Positions 18,548 to 27,487 of a stretch of DNA of 64,000 nucleotides are shown piece after piece (the stretch's first letter is position 1; the number at the start of each line of letters is the position of its first letter). The translations under genes were made by a program, and so were the position numbers. The DNA comes from Minisyncoccota bacterium (GTDB lineage Bacteria > Patescibacteriota > Minisyncoccia > Phycocordibacterales > UBA9973): NCBI GenBank assembly GCA_041664285.1, contig JBAYLA010000001.1, forward strand, positions 227 to 64,226, given 5' to 3'. Under the pieces are notes generated by a model. It saw only the letters and a program-made list of their open reading frames with translations. It did no database searches and had not been told where the DNA came from.

Positions 18548-19105
18548 ATGTTATATACAAAAAAAGGAGACAAAGGTATGACTAAAACTTTTGGATGCGA
18601 TCAAAGTATTTCCAAGAGTTCGATAGTGGCAGAAGCCTTAGGCGCACTAGATGAAACTAATTCTTTTTTAGGTTTAGCTCGGGCTAGAACAAAAGAAAAG
18701 ACTTTTGAAATTAAGGGTGAAAAAATAAATTTTTCCGATCTTATTTTAGAGATTCAACAAAATTTATTTATAGTACAAGCAGAGATTGCTGGAGCAACTT
18801 TGTCTATCGACATAGAAAAAGTAAATAGAATTGAAAAAATAGTTAATGAAATTGAAAAAATTTTACCACCAATTAAGAATTTTTTTATCAGTGGTGCAAC
18901 TAAAGACGGAGCAGTGTTAGATATTGGGAGAACTTTATCTCGAAAGGCTGAAAGACGAGTAGTGGCAGTAAAAGAAGAAGGGTTAGTAGATGTGAGTGAT
19001 GAAACCTTGTCCTATTTAAACAGACTTTCGAGCTTGCTTTATGCATTAGCTAGAATAGCGAGTCATCTAGATGGTGAGGAAGAAATTAAACCAGACTATA
19101 AATAA
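18548..19105 (+). CDS. PduO-type ATP:cob(I)alamin adenosyltransferase
   Basis: MLYTKKGDKGMTKTF ... ALGALDETNSFLG aligns with the PduO/MMAB N-terminus (YTKTGDKGETSL ... DELNS.IG). Confidence 0.8.
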   Translation: MLYTKKGDKGMTKTFGCDQSISKSSIVAEALGALDETNSFLGLARARTKEKTFEIKGEKINFSDLILEIQQNLFIVQAEIAGATLSIDIEKVNRIEKIVNEIEKILPPIKNFFISGATKDGAVLDIGRTLSRKAERRVVAVKEEGLVDVSDETLSYLNRLSSLLYALARIASHLDGEEEIKPDYK

Positions 19106-21376
19106 TTATTCAAAATGGAACTCGTCGGCTTTTTCTTTTACTTTTTGTTTTAAGAGAGGATACTTGGTGAGTTCCGGATCTTCTCCTATTAGACGAATGG
19201 CTTCAGCGCGGGCGGCTTCTACCATTTTTATGTTTTTTATAGCTTCCATCCCTAGATCGGTAATGCCCCATTGCTTTGTTCCTCCGAGTCCACCCGAACC
19301 ACGAAGGGTGAGATCTAGCTCAGCTAATTCAAAACCATTTTTTGCAGTTTTCAATGCTTTTAACCGAGCTATTGTTTTTTCACTTTTTGCTTCTGCAAAA
19401 ATATAACAATATGCTTGATGTGAGCTTCGGATGACCCGTCCACGGAGTTGGTGTAACTGAGCGAGCCCGAAACGTTCTGCTCCTTCAATTATTATCACTG
19501 TCGCATTGGGCACATTAACCCCGACTTCCACTACTGAAGTAGCGCACAAGATATTTATTTTCCCAGCAGAAAACTCTTGCATTACTTTTTCTTTTTTTTC
19601 TTTACTCATCTTGCTGTGTAATACCCCTATTTCATATTCTGTGAAAATTTCTTTTTTTAAACGCTTAGCTTCTGATATTACCGATTTTAATTCAAGCGAA
19701 ATTGTCCTTTGGTTTTTCGAGCGAGGAATTCCGCTTGGCGGTACGTAGGGAGAAAAACTAGAGGACAGTTTCGCTTCTTCTTCCTCTTCGAAAATCTTTG
19801 GACAAATTACATAGAGTTGTCTGCCAGCTTTTAGTTCGAGCTTGATTTTTTCATAAGTACTTTCTCTTTTGCCGGGGGTGATTATCTCTGTGATTATTTG
19901 TTTTCTACCAGCTGGCATTTCATCAAGAAGTGATAAATCTAAATCTCCATAGATAGTAAGCGCAAGCGTGCGGGGTATAGGAGTGGCTGTCATAGAAAGT
20001 AGGTGTGGAGCGATGTTGTCCTTTCTTACCAGTTTTCTTCTTTGCATTGTGCCAAAACGATGTTGTTCATCTATCACCACTAAAGCTAGATTTTTAAACT
20101 TCACAGTTTTTTGAATAAGGGTATGTGTGCCGATTAAAATTGGAATTTCTCCATTTGCTACCCATTTTAAAAGTTGCGTGCGAGAAATAGTGGTCCAATT
20201 TACCTTATCTTTGGTGTTGCCGATTGTTTTGGCTGGAAACTTTCTGCAACCGGATCCAGTGATGAGACCAATATTAATTGGTAAATGTTTAAAGTATTCT
20301 ATAAAAGATTCAAAATGCTGAGTCGCCAATATTTCAGTTGGAGCCATATAAGCGACTTGGAGATTACCGAAATTCTGTCCATTTGGGCGTTGTTGGGCTG
20401 TTGTATAACTAGCGGTCGCGGCTACTGCTGTTTTTCCGCTTCCTACGTCACCCTCCAAGAGTCGAGACATTGGGAAACTTTTTGCCATATCATCCAATAT
20501 TGTTGCTATTGATTTTTTTTGTGAATTAGTGGCATTGAATGGAAATTTTTGTAAAAATTCTTTTACATTTTTTTCTTCTATTTTTATTTGAAAAGATTTG
20601 TTTTTCCTATATTCAAATTTATCATGTTGGCGTTCTAGCTGAATGCAAAAAACTTCTTCAAAAGCAAATCTTTTACGTGCGGACTCCGCATTATTTTTAT
20701 TTTTTGGTTTATGAATCCAAACAAGAGCTGTTTTTAAAGTGGGTAAGTGGTATTTTTTCAAAATATCATCTGGGATATAATCATCTAGATTATCCAAAGT
20801 ACGCTCTTTGAATATTTTTTCAACTGCATGATAAAACCACTTGGAAGTGATGCCTCGAGTTTCCGTATAAATTGGATAAGAAAAACCAGTATTTTTAGTA
20901 CCGTCTTTTTTAAAAAGGGTATCGTGCATATCTATCGGCATAGAAGGTAATTTTTCAAATTCTGGGTTGGCTAAATAAACACCGTTCTTTCCCTGAGTGA
21001 CCTTACCAGTTAATTTTACATTCTCGCCATTTTTAATCATTTTAGCGAGATAGGCTTGATTAAACCAAGTTATTTTTATTTTTCCGGACAGGTCTTCGAT
21101 TTCACCTTCGGCCATTGGTATTTTTGAGTGAAAAGCTTTTTTAGTTTTTAATTTTGAGACTTTGCCATAAATTGTAGCTAGGTCACCAGGAATTAATTCT
21201 GCGATATTTTTTATCTCACTGATATCGCTATAACGAACAGGGAAGTGAAATAGCAAATCTGCTACAGAAAAAATTTTTAGTTTATGCAAGGCTTTTTTTT
21301 GATTTAGATCGAGACGAAATTTTTCTTCTAATTTATCACTTAATTCCATCTTTGAATTATACGGCTTTTTGAGCAT
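19106..21376 (-). CDS. recG: ATP-dependent DNA helicase RecG
   Basis: N-terminal wedge region (ADLLFHFPVRYSD). Helicase motifs GDVGSGKT, DEQHRFG, and a C-terminal RecG helicase domain. The ORF extends to 21433; the start is more likely Met20 (21376) or Met29 (21349) by alignment with the E. coli N-terminus. Confidence 0.85.
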   Translation of the reverse strand: MLKKPYNSKMELSDKLEEKFRLDLNQKKALHKLKIFSVADLLFHFPVRYSDISEIKNIAELIPGDLATIYGKVSKLKTKKAFHSKIPMAEGEIEDLSGKIKITWFNQAYLAKMIKNGENVKLTGKVTQGKNGVYLANPEFEKLPSMPIDMHDTLFKKDGTKNTGFSYPIYTETRGITSKWFYHAVEKIFKERTLDNLDDYIPDDILKKYHLPTLKTALVWIHKPKNKNNAESARKRFAFEEVFCIQLERQHDKFEYRKNKSFQIKIEEKNVKEFLQKFPFNATNSQKKSIATILDDMAKSFPMSRLLEGDVGSGKTAVAATASYTTAQQRPNGQNFGNLQVAYMAPTEILATQHFESFIEYFKHLPINIGLITGSGCRKFPAKTIGNTKDKVNWTTISRTQLLKWVANGEIPILIGTHTLIQKTVKFKNLALVVIDEQHRFGTMQRRKLVRKDNIAPHLLSMTATPIPRTLALTIYGDLDLSLLDEMPAGRKQIITEIITPGKRESTYEKIKLELKAGRQLYVICPKIFEEEEEAKLSSSFSPYVPPSGIPRSKNQRTISLELKSVISEAKRLKKEIFTEYEIGVLHSKMSKEKKEKVMQEFSAGKINILCATSVVEVGVNVPNATVIIIEGAERFGLAQLHQLRGRVIRSSHQAYCYIFAEAKSEKTIARLKALKTAKNGFELAELDLTLRGSGGLGGTKQWGITDLGMEAIKNIKMVEAARAEAIRLIGEDPELTKYPLLKQKVKEKADEFHFE

Positions 21377-21411
21377 ATTTACTATTTTTAATATGTGATA
21401 TAATTCATAGT

Positions 21412-21663
21412 ATGGATACGCTTTTGCAATCACAAATTTTCTTTTTTATATCTTCAATTGGCTTTGTCCTGTTATGGATTCTGGTCGCTATTTTTCTATT
21501 TTATCTTATTTGTGTCACCAAAACCTTTTCAAGGATTTTAGATAGAGTAGAAAAAGATATAGATAACATAGGTGATACTACCAAAGAAATGCTAGATGAT
21601 ATAAGAGATAGCGCAATGTTTAATTTTCTTTTTAAGAAAAAAAGAAGAAGTCGAAAAGATTAA
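21412..21663 (+). CDS. small membrane-anchored hypothetical protein
   Basis: 83 aa. One TM helix (FFFISSIGFVLLWILVAIFLFYLI) and a charged tail. Confidence 0.3.
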   Translation: MDTLLQSQIFFFISSIGFVLLWILVAIFLFYLICVTKTFSRILDRVEKDIDNIGDTTKEMLDDIRDSAMFNFLFKKKRRSRKD

Positions 21664-21692
21664 TTTTTATTAGAATTTAAGTATATAAATAT

Positions 21693-22061
21693 ATGAAAAA
21701 AAAGATAAATACAAAAAAAGGACTATCGGGTGGAAAAATAATAGCAGGAGTAGCAGGGATGGCGGCCTTGGGGGCAGGAGCATATTATTTTTTAGGACCA
21801 AAAGCTAAGGCTCATCAAAAGAAAGCAAAAATATTAGTAGAAAAGATGAAAAAAGAAGTAGAGAAAGAAATTAAGAAAGTTAAAGAAGTTACACCCGCTC
21901 TGTATTACAAAGCAATAGATGTTGTAGCTTCAAATTATGCTAAGCAATATAAATTACATGAAAAAGACGTTAAAGCTATTGCAGATAAAATGAAAAATGA
22001 ATGGAAAGGAGCAAATAAAATAGTTAAAAAGGCTGTTCGCGAAGCCAAAAAGAAAAGCTAA
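21693..22061 (+). CDS. lysine-rich hypothetical protein with N-terminal TM/Gly-zipper
   Basis: 122 aa. IAGVAGMAALGAGAYYF followed by KE-rich helices. Confidence 0.4.
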   Translation: MKKKINTKKGLSGGKIIAGVAGMAALGAGAYYFLGPKAKAHQKKAKILVEKMKKEVEKEIKKVKEVTPALYYKAIDVVASNYAKQYKLHEKDVKAIADKMKNEWKGANKIVKKAVREAKKKS

Positions 22062-22064
22062 TTC

Positions 22065-23027
22065 ATGTACGAAGAAATAAAAAATTTTAATAAACAATTT
22101 TCTTATGAGCCAAAGATTGAGAATCAGGGAAACTTTATAAAAAAATCAAGTTTTATTGTTATTGGAATGGGTGGATCTGCTTTAGCTCAAGAATTATTGA
22201 AAAATTGGAAACCAGAATTAGATATTGTAACTAGACGTGATTATGGTTTACCAGAGCTTCCAGTAGAAGAATTTAAAAACAAACTTATTATATTGAGTTC
22301 TTATTCTGGTAATACCGAAGAAGTAATTAGTGCTTTTAATGATGCCAAAAAACAAAACCTTAACATGGCTGTTGTTACAATTGGTGGTAAATTATTATCA
22401 CTTGCGAAAGAAAACAATGTTCCTTACATACAAATGTCAGATACTGGAATTCAGCCTCGTATGGCTCTCGGTTTCTCTATTAAAGCATTTTTGAAACTTA
22501 TTGGAGAAGAGGATGAGTTGGAAAAAATTAACAATCTAACAACCACTCTAAGTCCACTTGATTTTGAAAAAGAAGGAAAAGCATTGGCAGAAAAAATGAA
22601 GAATTATGTTCCTATTATTTATGCTTCAGGTCGCAATTTATCTCTAGCTAGTACTTGGAAAATAAAAATAAATGAGGCTAAGGTTCCTGCTTTTTATAAT
22701 ATTTTTCCAGCCTTGAATCATAATGAAATGACTAGTTTTGATGTAAAAGATTCTACTAAGGAACTAATTAATAAATTTTATTTTATATTTCTTAAAGACA
22801 CAGAAGATAGCCCTAAAATTTTAAAAAGAATGGAGGTAACAGAAAAATTATATAAAGATCGTGGCTTGCAGGTTGAAGTTGTCAGTGTCCAAGGGGAAAA
22901 TTTTTGGCAGAAAATGTTCTCCGTCCTAGTTTTAGGAGATTGGGTTGCTTATTATTTGGCAATTCAATATGGATTAGAACCCGAGCAAGTACCAATGGTG
23001 GAAGAATTTAAAAAGCTTATTTCTTAA
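22065..23027 (+). CDS. bifunctional phosphoglucose/phosphomannose isomerase (SIS-domain, archaeal-type PGI/PMI)
   Basis: FIVIGMGGSAL SIS signature. 320 aa. Confidence 0.7.
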   Translation: MYEEIKNFNKQFSYEPKIENQGNFIKKSSFIVIGMGGSALAQELLKNWKPELDIVTRRDYGLPELPVEEFKNKLIILSSYSGNTEEVISAFNDAKKQNLNMAVVTIGGKLLSLAKENNVPYIQMSDTGIQPRMALGFSIKAFLKLIGEEDELEKINNLTTTLSPLDFEKEGKALAEKMKNYVPIIYASGRNLSLASTWKIKINEAKVPAFYNIFPALNHNEMTSFDVKDSTKELINKFYFIFLKDTEDSPKILKRMEVTEKLYKDRGLQVEVVSVQGENFWQKMFSVLVLGDWVAYYLAIQYGLEPEQVPMVEEFKKLIS

Positions 23028-23039
23028 CAAAATAAAAAT

Positions 23040-23972
23040 ATGAAAAAAGAAATAGGATATATTGGGTTGGGGAAAATGGGTAAAAATATGGTTTTTCGCT
23101 TGCTCAATGCGGGGTGGAATATTATTGCTTATAACAGAAGCTCAGAAAGCGTTCAAGAGGTAGTAGAAAAAGGGGGGATAGGGACACAAAGTATGAAAGA
23201 AGTTATTTCTAAGCTTTCCTCGCCTCGTACTGTGTGGCTGATGGTTCCACACCAAACGGTGGATGAAGTTATAAATGAACTAGTACCAATGCTCCAAAAA
23301 GGGGATCTTGTTATCGACGGCGGAAATTCTCCATACCAAGAATCAATGCGCAGAGCGAAAGAATTAAACGATAAAGGGATTGAATTTTTAGATATTGGAG
23401 TCTCTGGCGGCCCTGGTGGAGCATTGAACGGTGCTTGTATGATGGTGGGCGGCAAGAAAGAATTATATGACCGATTTGAAGAGAGTGGATTTTTTAAAGA
23501 TACATGTTTACCAAATGGTTGGGGACATATGGGTTCGTCTGGGGCAGGTCATTTTGTGAAAATGGTGCACAATGGAATTGAATACGGGATGATGCAAGCT
23601 ATTGCGGAAGGTTTCGACCTCATGAGGCATTCAAAAGAATTTAACTTAGATCTTATAAAAATTACAGACGTATATTCGCATGGAAGCGTGATTACTTCTA
23701 GTTTAGTGTCTTGGATGAATGATGGATATAAAAAATATGGCAAAGATTTAAATGAAATATCTGGCAAGGCTTCCAGTACTGGGGAAGGAGCATGGACAGT
23801 GGAAGCTGGGATACGAGAAAATATATCAATGCCAGTTATTCAGGCGTCACTAGACGTAAGACAAGCATCACAAGTAAAACCATCCTATCAGGGTAAAGTA
23901 GTTTCTACTATGCGTGGAGAATTTGGACAACATCCAGTGAAAAGAACTCCCGACGAACCGGAGGTGTTGTAA
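23040..23972 (+). CDS. 6-phosphogluconate dehydrogenase (decarboxylating), short NAD-binding form
   Basis: IGYIGLGKMGKNM Rossmann motif. GHFVKMVHNGIEYG is the 6PGDH catalytic signature. 310 aa. Confidence 0.8.
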   Translation: MKKEIGYIGLGKMGKNMVFRLLNAGWNIIAYNRSSESVQEVVEKGGIGTQSMKEVISKLSSPRTVWLMVPHQTVDEVINELVPMLQKGDLVIDGGNSPYQESMRRAKELNDKGIEFLDIGVSGGPGGALNGACMMVGGKKELYDRFEESGFFKDTCLPNGWGHMGSSGAGHFVKMVHNGIEYGMMQAIAEGFDLMRHSKEFNLDLIKITDVYSHGSVITSSLVSWMNDGYKKYGKDLNEISGKASSTGEGAWTVEAGIRENISMPVIQASLDVRQASQVKPSYQGKVVSTMRGEFGQHPVKRTPDEPEVL

Positions 23973-23982
23973 AAATAATTTG

Positions 23983-24069
23983 CGGAGAGAGAGGGATTCG
24001 AACCCTCGGTCCTTTTAAGGGGACGACAGTTTAGTAAACTGTTGGTTTAAGCCACTCACCCATCTCTCC
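23983..24069 (-). tRNA. type-II (long variable arm) tRNA, Ser-like, with anomalous anticodon loop TTACTAA (ACU)
   Basis: 87 nt. Acceptor GGAGAGA/TCTCTCC. D-stem GGT/ACC. Anticodon stem ACAGT/ACTGT. 18-nt variable arm with GTCC/GGAC stem. T-arm GAGGG-TTCGAAT-CCCTC. Discriminator G73. Confidence 0.55.
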
Positions 24070-24152
24070 TAAACTTAAAGAGAGTATAACATAGAAAAAA
24101 TGAAAAAATAGTACCAATATGTTAGAGTAATTAAGTTATTTTAATATGTAAC

Positions 24153-24241
24153 GGAGCCGTGTCAGAGTGGTCTAACGTACCTCTTTGCTAAAGAGGCAGG
24201 GGCTTCAAAACCCCTCGGCGGTTCGAATCCGCCCGGCTCCG
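24153..24241 (+). tRNA. tRNA-Ser (anticodon GCT)
   Basis: Acceptor GGAGCCG/CGGCTCC. Anticodon stem CCTCT/AGAGG with loop TTGCTAA. Long variable arm. T-arm GGTTCGAATCC. Discriminator G. Confidence 0.8.
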
Positions 24242-24265
24242 CACGAATTATGTTATAGTATTTTT

Positions 24266-24754
24266 ATGACAGGAGAAGATAAAGTAAAACAGAAAATTTG
24301 GCATTTTATTTATAGTTTCTTTTTGCCAGCTAGACAATTTCTTTTAAAGATTGGAATTATTTGGCATAAAAAGGGGAGACAGCGATATCATCTTGGCTGG
24401 CTTGCTCCTCATAAAACCTTAGAAGGACTTAAACGTCATTTAAATGAGAAATGGGGTTTTGGCAATCATTTTATCGCCTGGATAGATGAAGACCAAGTTC
24501 TAAGTTGGAGAAAATTAACTGATTTTCAAGATCAATATCATTTGCGAGTTTACAAAGATGGAGAAATTTGTGGTCATTTTGAATTGACCCCTGAAGCTCA
24601 TCCCTTAGAGCATATTGAAGAAAAAGGAGAGGTGGATAAGACGGAAGACTTTTTGAAATTCTTGGGAGATTTTGTGGTTCAAGGAAAATATATTTCACAT
24701 CTTGAAATGGATCCAAATGCTTTTGATCCAAAATCTGAAATTACGTTAAAATAA
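24266..24754 (+). CDS. hypothetical protein
   Basis: The ORF track starts at 24185 inside tRNA-Ser. The first non-overlapping Met (MTGEDK) is at 24266. No recognisable motifs. Confidence 0.35.
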   Translation: MTGEDKVKQKIWHFIYSFFLPARQFLLKIGIIWHKKGRQRYHLGWLAPHKTLEGLKRHLNEKWGFGNHFIAWIDEDQVLSWRKLTDFQDQYHLRVYKDGEICGHFELTPEAHPLEHIEEKGEVDKTEDFLKFLGDFVVQGKYISHLEMDPNAFDPKSEITLK

Positions 24755-24756
24755 TA

Positions 24757-25944
24757 TTAATTGATTTTTGATTCTGGTAAAACTAAATCCCAAAGTTTTC
24801 CAGCGACGTTATTGGGTTTACCAAAAAGTGGATAATGATGTAAATCTATAAATGGCAAACTATTGCATTCTATTATTCCACAATGTTGTTCTTCTTTCCA
24901 TGATTTTGTGATGTCTTCGATTATAAAGTCTACTCCAATAAGTGGATCAGCTAAAAATTTAGCAATATGTTCTAACATTTCTATATTATCAGGATGCACA
25001 ATGTCGGTGACTTCAGTAGTTGTACCTCCACAGCCCCGACTTGTTTTCTGAGAAAATGTTACCACTTTACCTTTCTCTATCACTTCATCTAATTTTATAT
25101 TCTGTCTTTTTAATTCTTTTTCAGCCTCTTTATCTATAATTATTTTGTGGAAAATTGGACCATTACGCTCTAGCCTTTTGTTTTCTATCTCTAGTAATTG
25201 TTCAACTGTTTGTATTCCATTACCTTCAGCTTGTGGTTGATCTCGTTTTACTACTCCAACTAATTTGCCACCAATTAATGTTCCACGAAAGAGATATCCG
25301 TTCAATTCTTCTTCAACAACAACCAGGGGAGAGAGTTTTTTTGCTTTTTTAAAACCAATTAATAAATCTTCTTTAGTATTTATGTGAATCATTGTATGCC
25401 GACTTCGAGAACCTAAATTTGGTTTAGTGATGACGGGCTTAGTAACGCTATTGAAAATTTTTAACGCTTTATTTTTAGTAAAGGCAACACCACCTTTTGC
25501 TACTGGCAAACCTTCCGTCAAGAATTTTTCTTTCATTGTGCCCTTGTTGTCCATCCATTTCAAAGCTTCTGATTCTTGGAAACCGGGCCTAGGGAGTCCG
25601 TCAAAAATTATTGTTTTTCCTTTGTATTCAGCCACGAAACCATCTCGGATTGGACCCAAGTGAAATTCACGCATTTTTATTCCGCGTCGAATTGCTTCGT
25701 CCCAGAAACATTTCGTTCTCCAGGTGTCTTTTTTATCAGGCTGAAGGGAAAAATATCCTAATTTTAGAAAAACCATTAGATTAAAAAAAGGCAAAGTTAT
25801 TTTATCAGAAATTGTTTCGGCAGTATTTTTAAAAAGACGTTCCATTAAATTAAAAAATGGTTCGTCTATCAAATCAAAAACTACTGATGTATATGCCATC
25901 AAATGACTTTCTTGGGCTGGTTCACAATCTTTACAGTGTTTCAT
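24757..25944 (-). CDS. ATP-grasp enzyme, cyanophycin-synthetase N-terminal-like / RimK-like ligase
   Basis: PVITKPNLGSRSRHTM matches the ATP-grasp KPxxGSxGxG loop. LIGVDFIIEDITKSW ... GIIECNSLP resembles the CphA/ATP-grasp Mg-binding ExN motif. Confidence 0.5.
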   Translation of the reverse strand: MKHCKDCEPAQESHLMAYTSVVFDLIDEPFFNLMERLFKNTAETISDKITLPFFNLMVFLKLGYFSLQPDKKDTWRTKCFWDEAIRRGIKMREFHLGPIRDGFVAEYKGKTIIFDGLPRPGFQESEALKWMDNKGTMKEKFLTEGLPVAKGGVAFTKNKALKIFNSVTKPVITKPNLGSRSRHTMIHINTKEDLLIGFKKAKKLSPLVVVEEELNGYLFRGTLIGGKLVGVVKRDQPQAEGNGIQTVEQLLEIENKRLERNGPIFHKIIIDKEAEKELKRQNIKLDEVIEKGKVVTFSQKTSRGCGGTTTEVTDIVHPDNIEMLEHIAKFLADPLIGVDFIIEDITKSWKEEQHCGIIECNSLPFIDLHHYPLFGKPNNVAGKLWDLVLPESKIN

Positions 25945-26599
25945 TTTTTAAGAATAATTTCCAATCTTTTTTAAATAATGTTCGGCAAATATGAAAAATA
26001 GTGAAGGTAATAAAGTAAGCCGATAGAACATCTATTGAATAGTGCAAATGTCCAAGGAGTACTACTGTTGCAAACATAACAGAGAATGAAAGAAAAACTA
26101 TTCTCAGGGTTTTATTTTCCCAAAAAATTAAAGCTAAGAGAAAAGGCACACCTGTATGCCCAGAAAAGAAAAGATCATTACCGGTGAAAATACCACGAAA
26201 TACCTCACCACTGAAAAAAGCTGAATCTATTAATGCACGGGTAGGGAATGGACTGATATGAGTAAGGCTTACAAAGAGTGACCTTATTAAGGTAAAAGTA
26301 GCAATACTTTTCGCTACAAACGGCAGATAGTTTGGTCGTTTAAATACAACCAAAAGACCAATAATAACTAAAACTATAGATCCCCAGACAAAAATTCCAC
26401 CCACATCATAAACTCGTGTATTGCTAAGTATTACATCGGTGACAGGTTCACTACTTACACTTGCAACATAACCACTTACTAAAAATTGGACGACTAGACT
26501 TATTGATAGTAATACTAAACCACCTAAAAAAGAGATAAGGAAGTTTTTATCAGTGAAATGAGTTTTATAACTTTGCATGTATTTAGTATACCCCAACAC
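25931..26599 (-). CDS. polytopic membrane protein, PAP2-like
   Basis: LFFSGHTGVPF resembles the PSGH motif. LLGHLHYSIDVL resembles the SRxxxxxHxxxD motif. 222 aa with ~6 TM helices. Confidence 0.4.
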   Translation of the reverse strand: MLGYTKYMQSYKTHFTDKNFLISFLGGLVLLSISLVVQFLVSGYVASVSSEPVTDVILSNTRVYDVGGIFVWGSIVLVIIGLLVVFKRPNYLPFVAKSIATFTLIRSLFVSLTHISPFPTRALIDSAFFSGEVFRGIFTGNDLFFSGHTGVPFLLALIFWENKTLRIVFLSFSVMFATVVLLGHLHYSIDVLSAYFITFTIFHICRTLFKKDWKLFLKNETL

Positions 26600-26651
26600 T
26601 TATTTTAATTCAAAATTTAAAATAAGTGTGGGGATAGCAAGTAAATAATTT

Positions 26652-27479
26652 TTAAGAAAACAACAGTTTTGTCTTGTTTTTTTCTACAAAAGACTCTATA
26701 GCTTGCGACATTTCAAGGACCGCATTATGAGCAGTATTGTGGTCAACATTGGGGATACTGATAAATTCTGAATTAGTTATTTCCCTAGACATTTTCATTG
26801 AATTTTTAATTGGAACCATTGAATCTTTTTCTCCATGCATGACGAGGGTAGGAACGTTTATTTTTTCTAAATCATATTCCTGGTTAGCATCAAGAGATTG
26901 TTTGAGGGTGTAAAAATGTGCATGAAGTCCGGTGTTTTTAATGTCAGCTAAATTTCTGCTAATACTCCAATCAGTTGAATTTATATGTTTTCTGTAATCA
27001 ACATGGCCACGAGGTTTTGGATTAAAAGGTAATAAACTGATAATGCCTGTAAATATTGCGAGGGAGAATCTCATAATTTTTGCTAAAAATCCTTCGTGTA
27101 GATATATCTCTGGAGAAGTAAAGACATTAGCAGACACTGTCTCTCTCCATAATTTTATATATTCGAGCGCAATTAGTCCGGCAAAAGAGTTACTAATCAG
27201 AACGAATTTCGGAATCTTTAAATACATGATTAAATCATGAAGGTCTTCGGCAAAATTTTTAATTTCATAATCAGAATAATTCGGAAACTTTTTTGACATA
27301 CCATGTCCTCTTATATCAACAGTTACGACATTATATTTTTTTTCAAATATTTTTTCATATGGAAGCCAAGCGGAAGAAGAACCAGAAACCCCATGTACAA
27401 ATACTAGAGTTATTCTATCTGTTTTATATTCATTAGTTCGATAATATATTCTATTTTCAAAAATATGTTCTTGCATCAC
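26652..27479 (-). CDS. alpha/beta-hydrolase fold protein
   Basis: LVFVHGVSGSSSAW oxyanion region. ISNSFAG nucleophile elbow (GxSxG-like). Confidence 0.7.
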   Translation of the reverse strand: MMQEHIFENRIYYRTNEYKTDRITLVFVHGVSGSSSAWLPYEKIFEKKYNVVTVDIRGHGMSKKFPNYSDYEIKNFAEDLHDLIMYLKIPKFVLISNSFAGLIALEYIKLWRETVSANVFTSPEIYLHEGFLAKIMRFSLAIFTGIISLLPFNPKPRGHVDYRKHINSTDWSISRNLADIKNTGLHAHFYTLKQSLDANQEYDLEKINVPTLVMHGEKDSMVPIKNSMKMSREITNSEFISIPNVDHNTAHNAVLEMSQAIESFVEKNKTKLLFS

Positions 27480-27487
27480 ACTGTAAG

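Noticed and set aside
19071-20811. Plus-strand ORFs (64-111 aa) inside recG
   Set aside because: They are nested antisense to the RecG helicase motifs and have no independent support.
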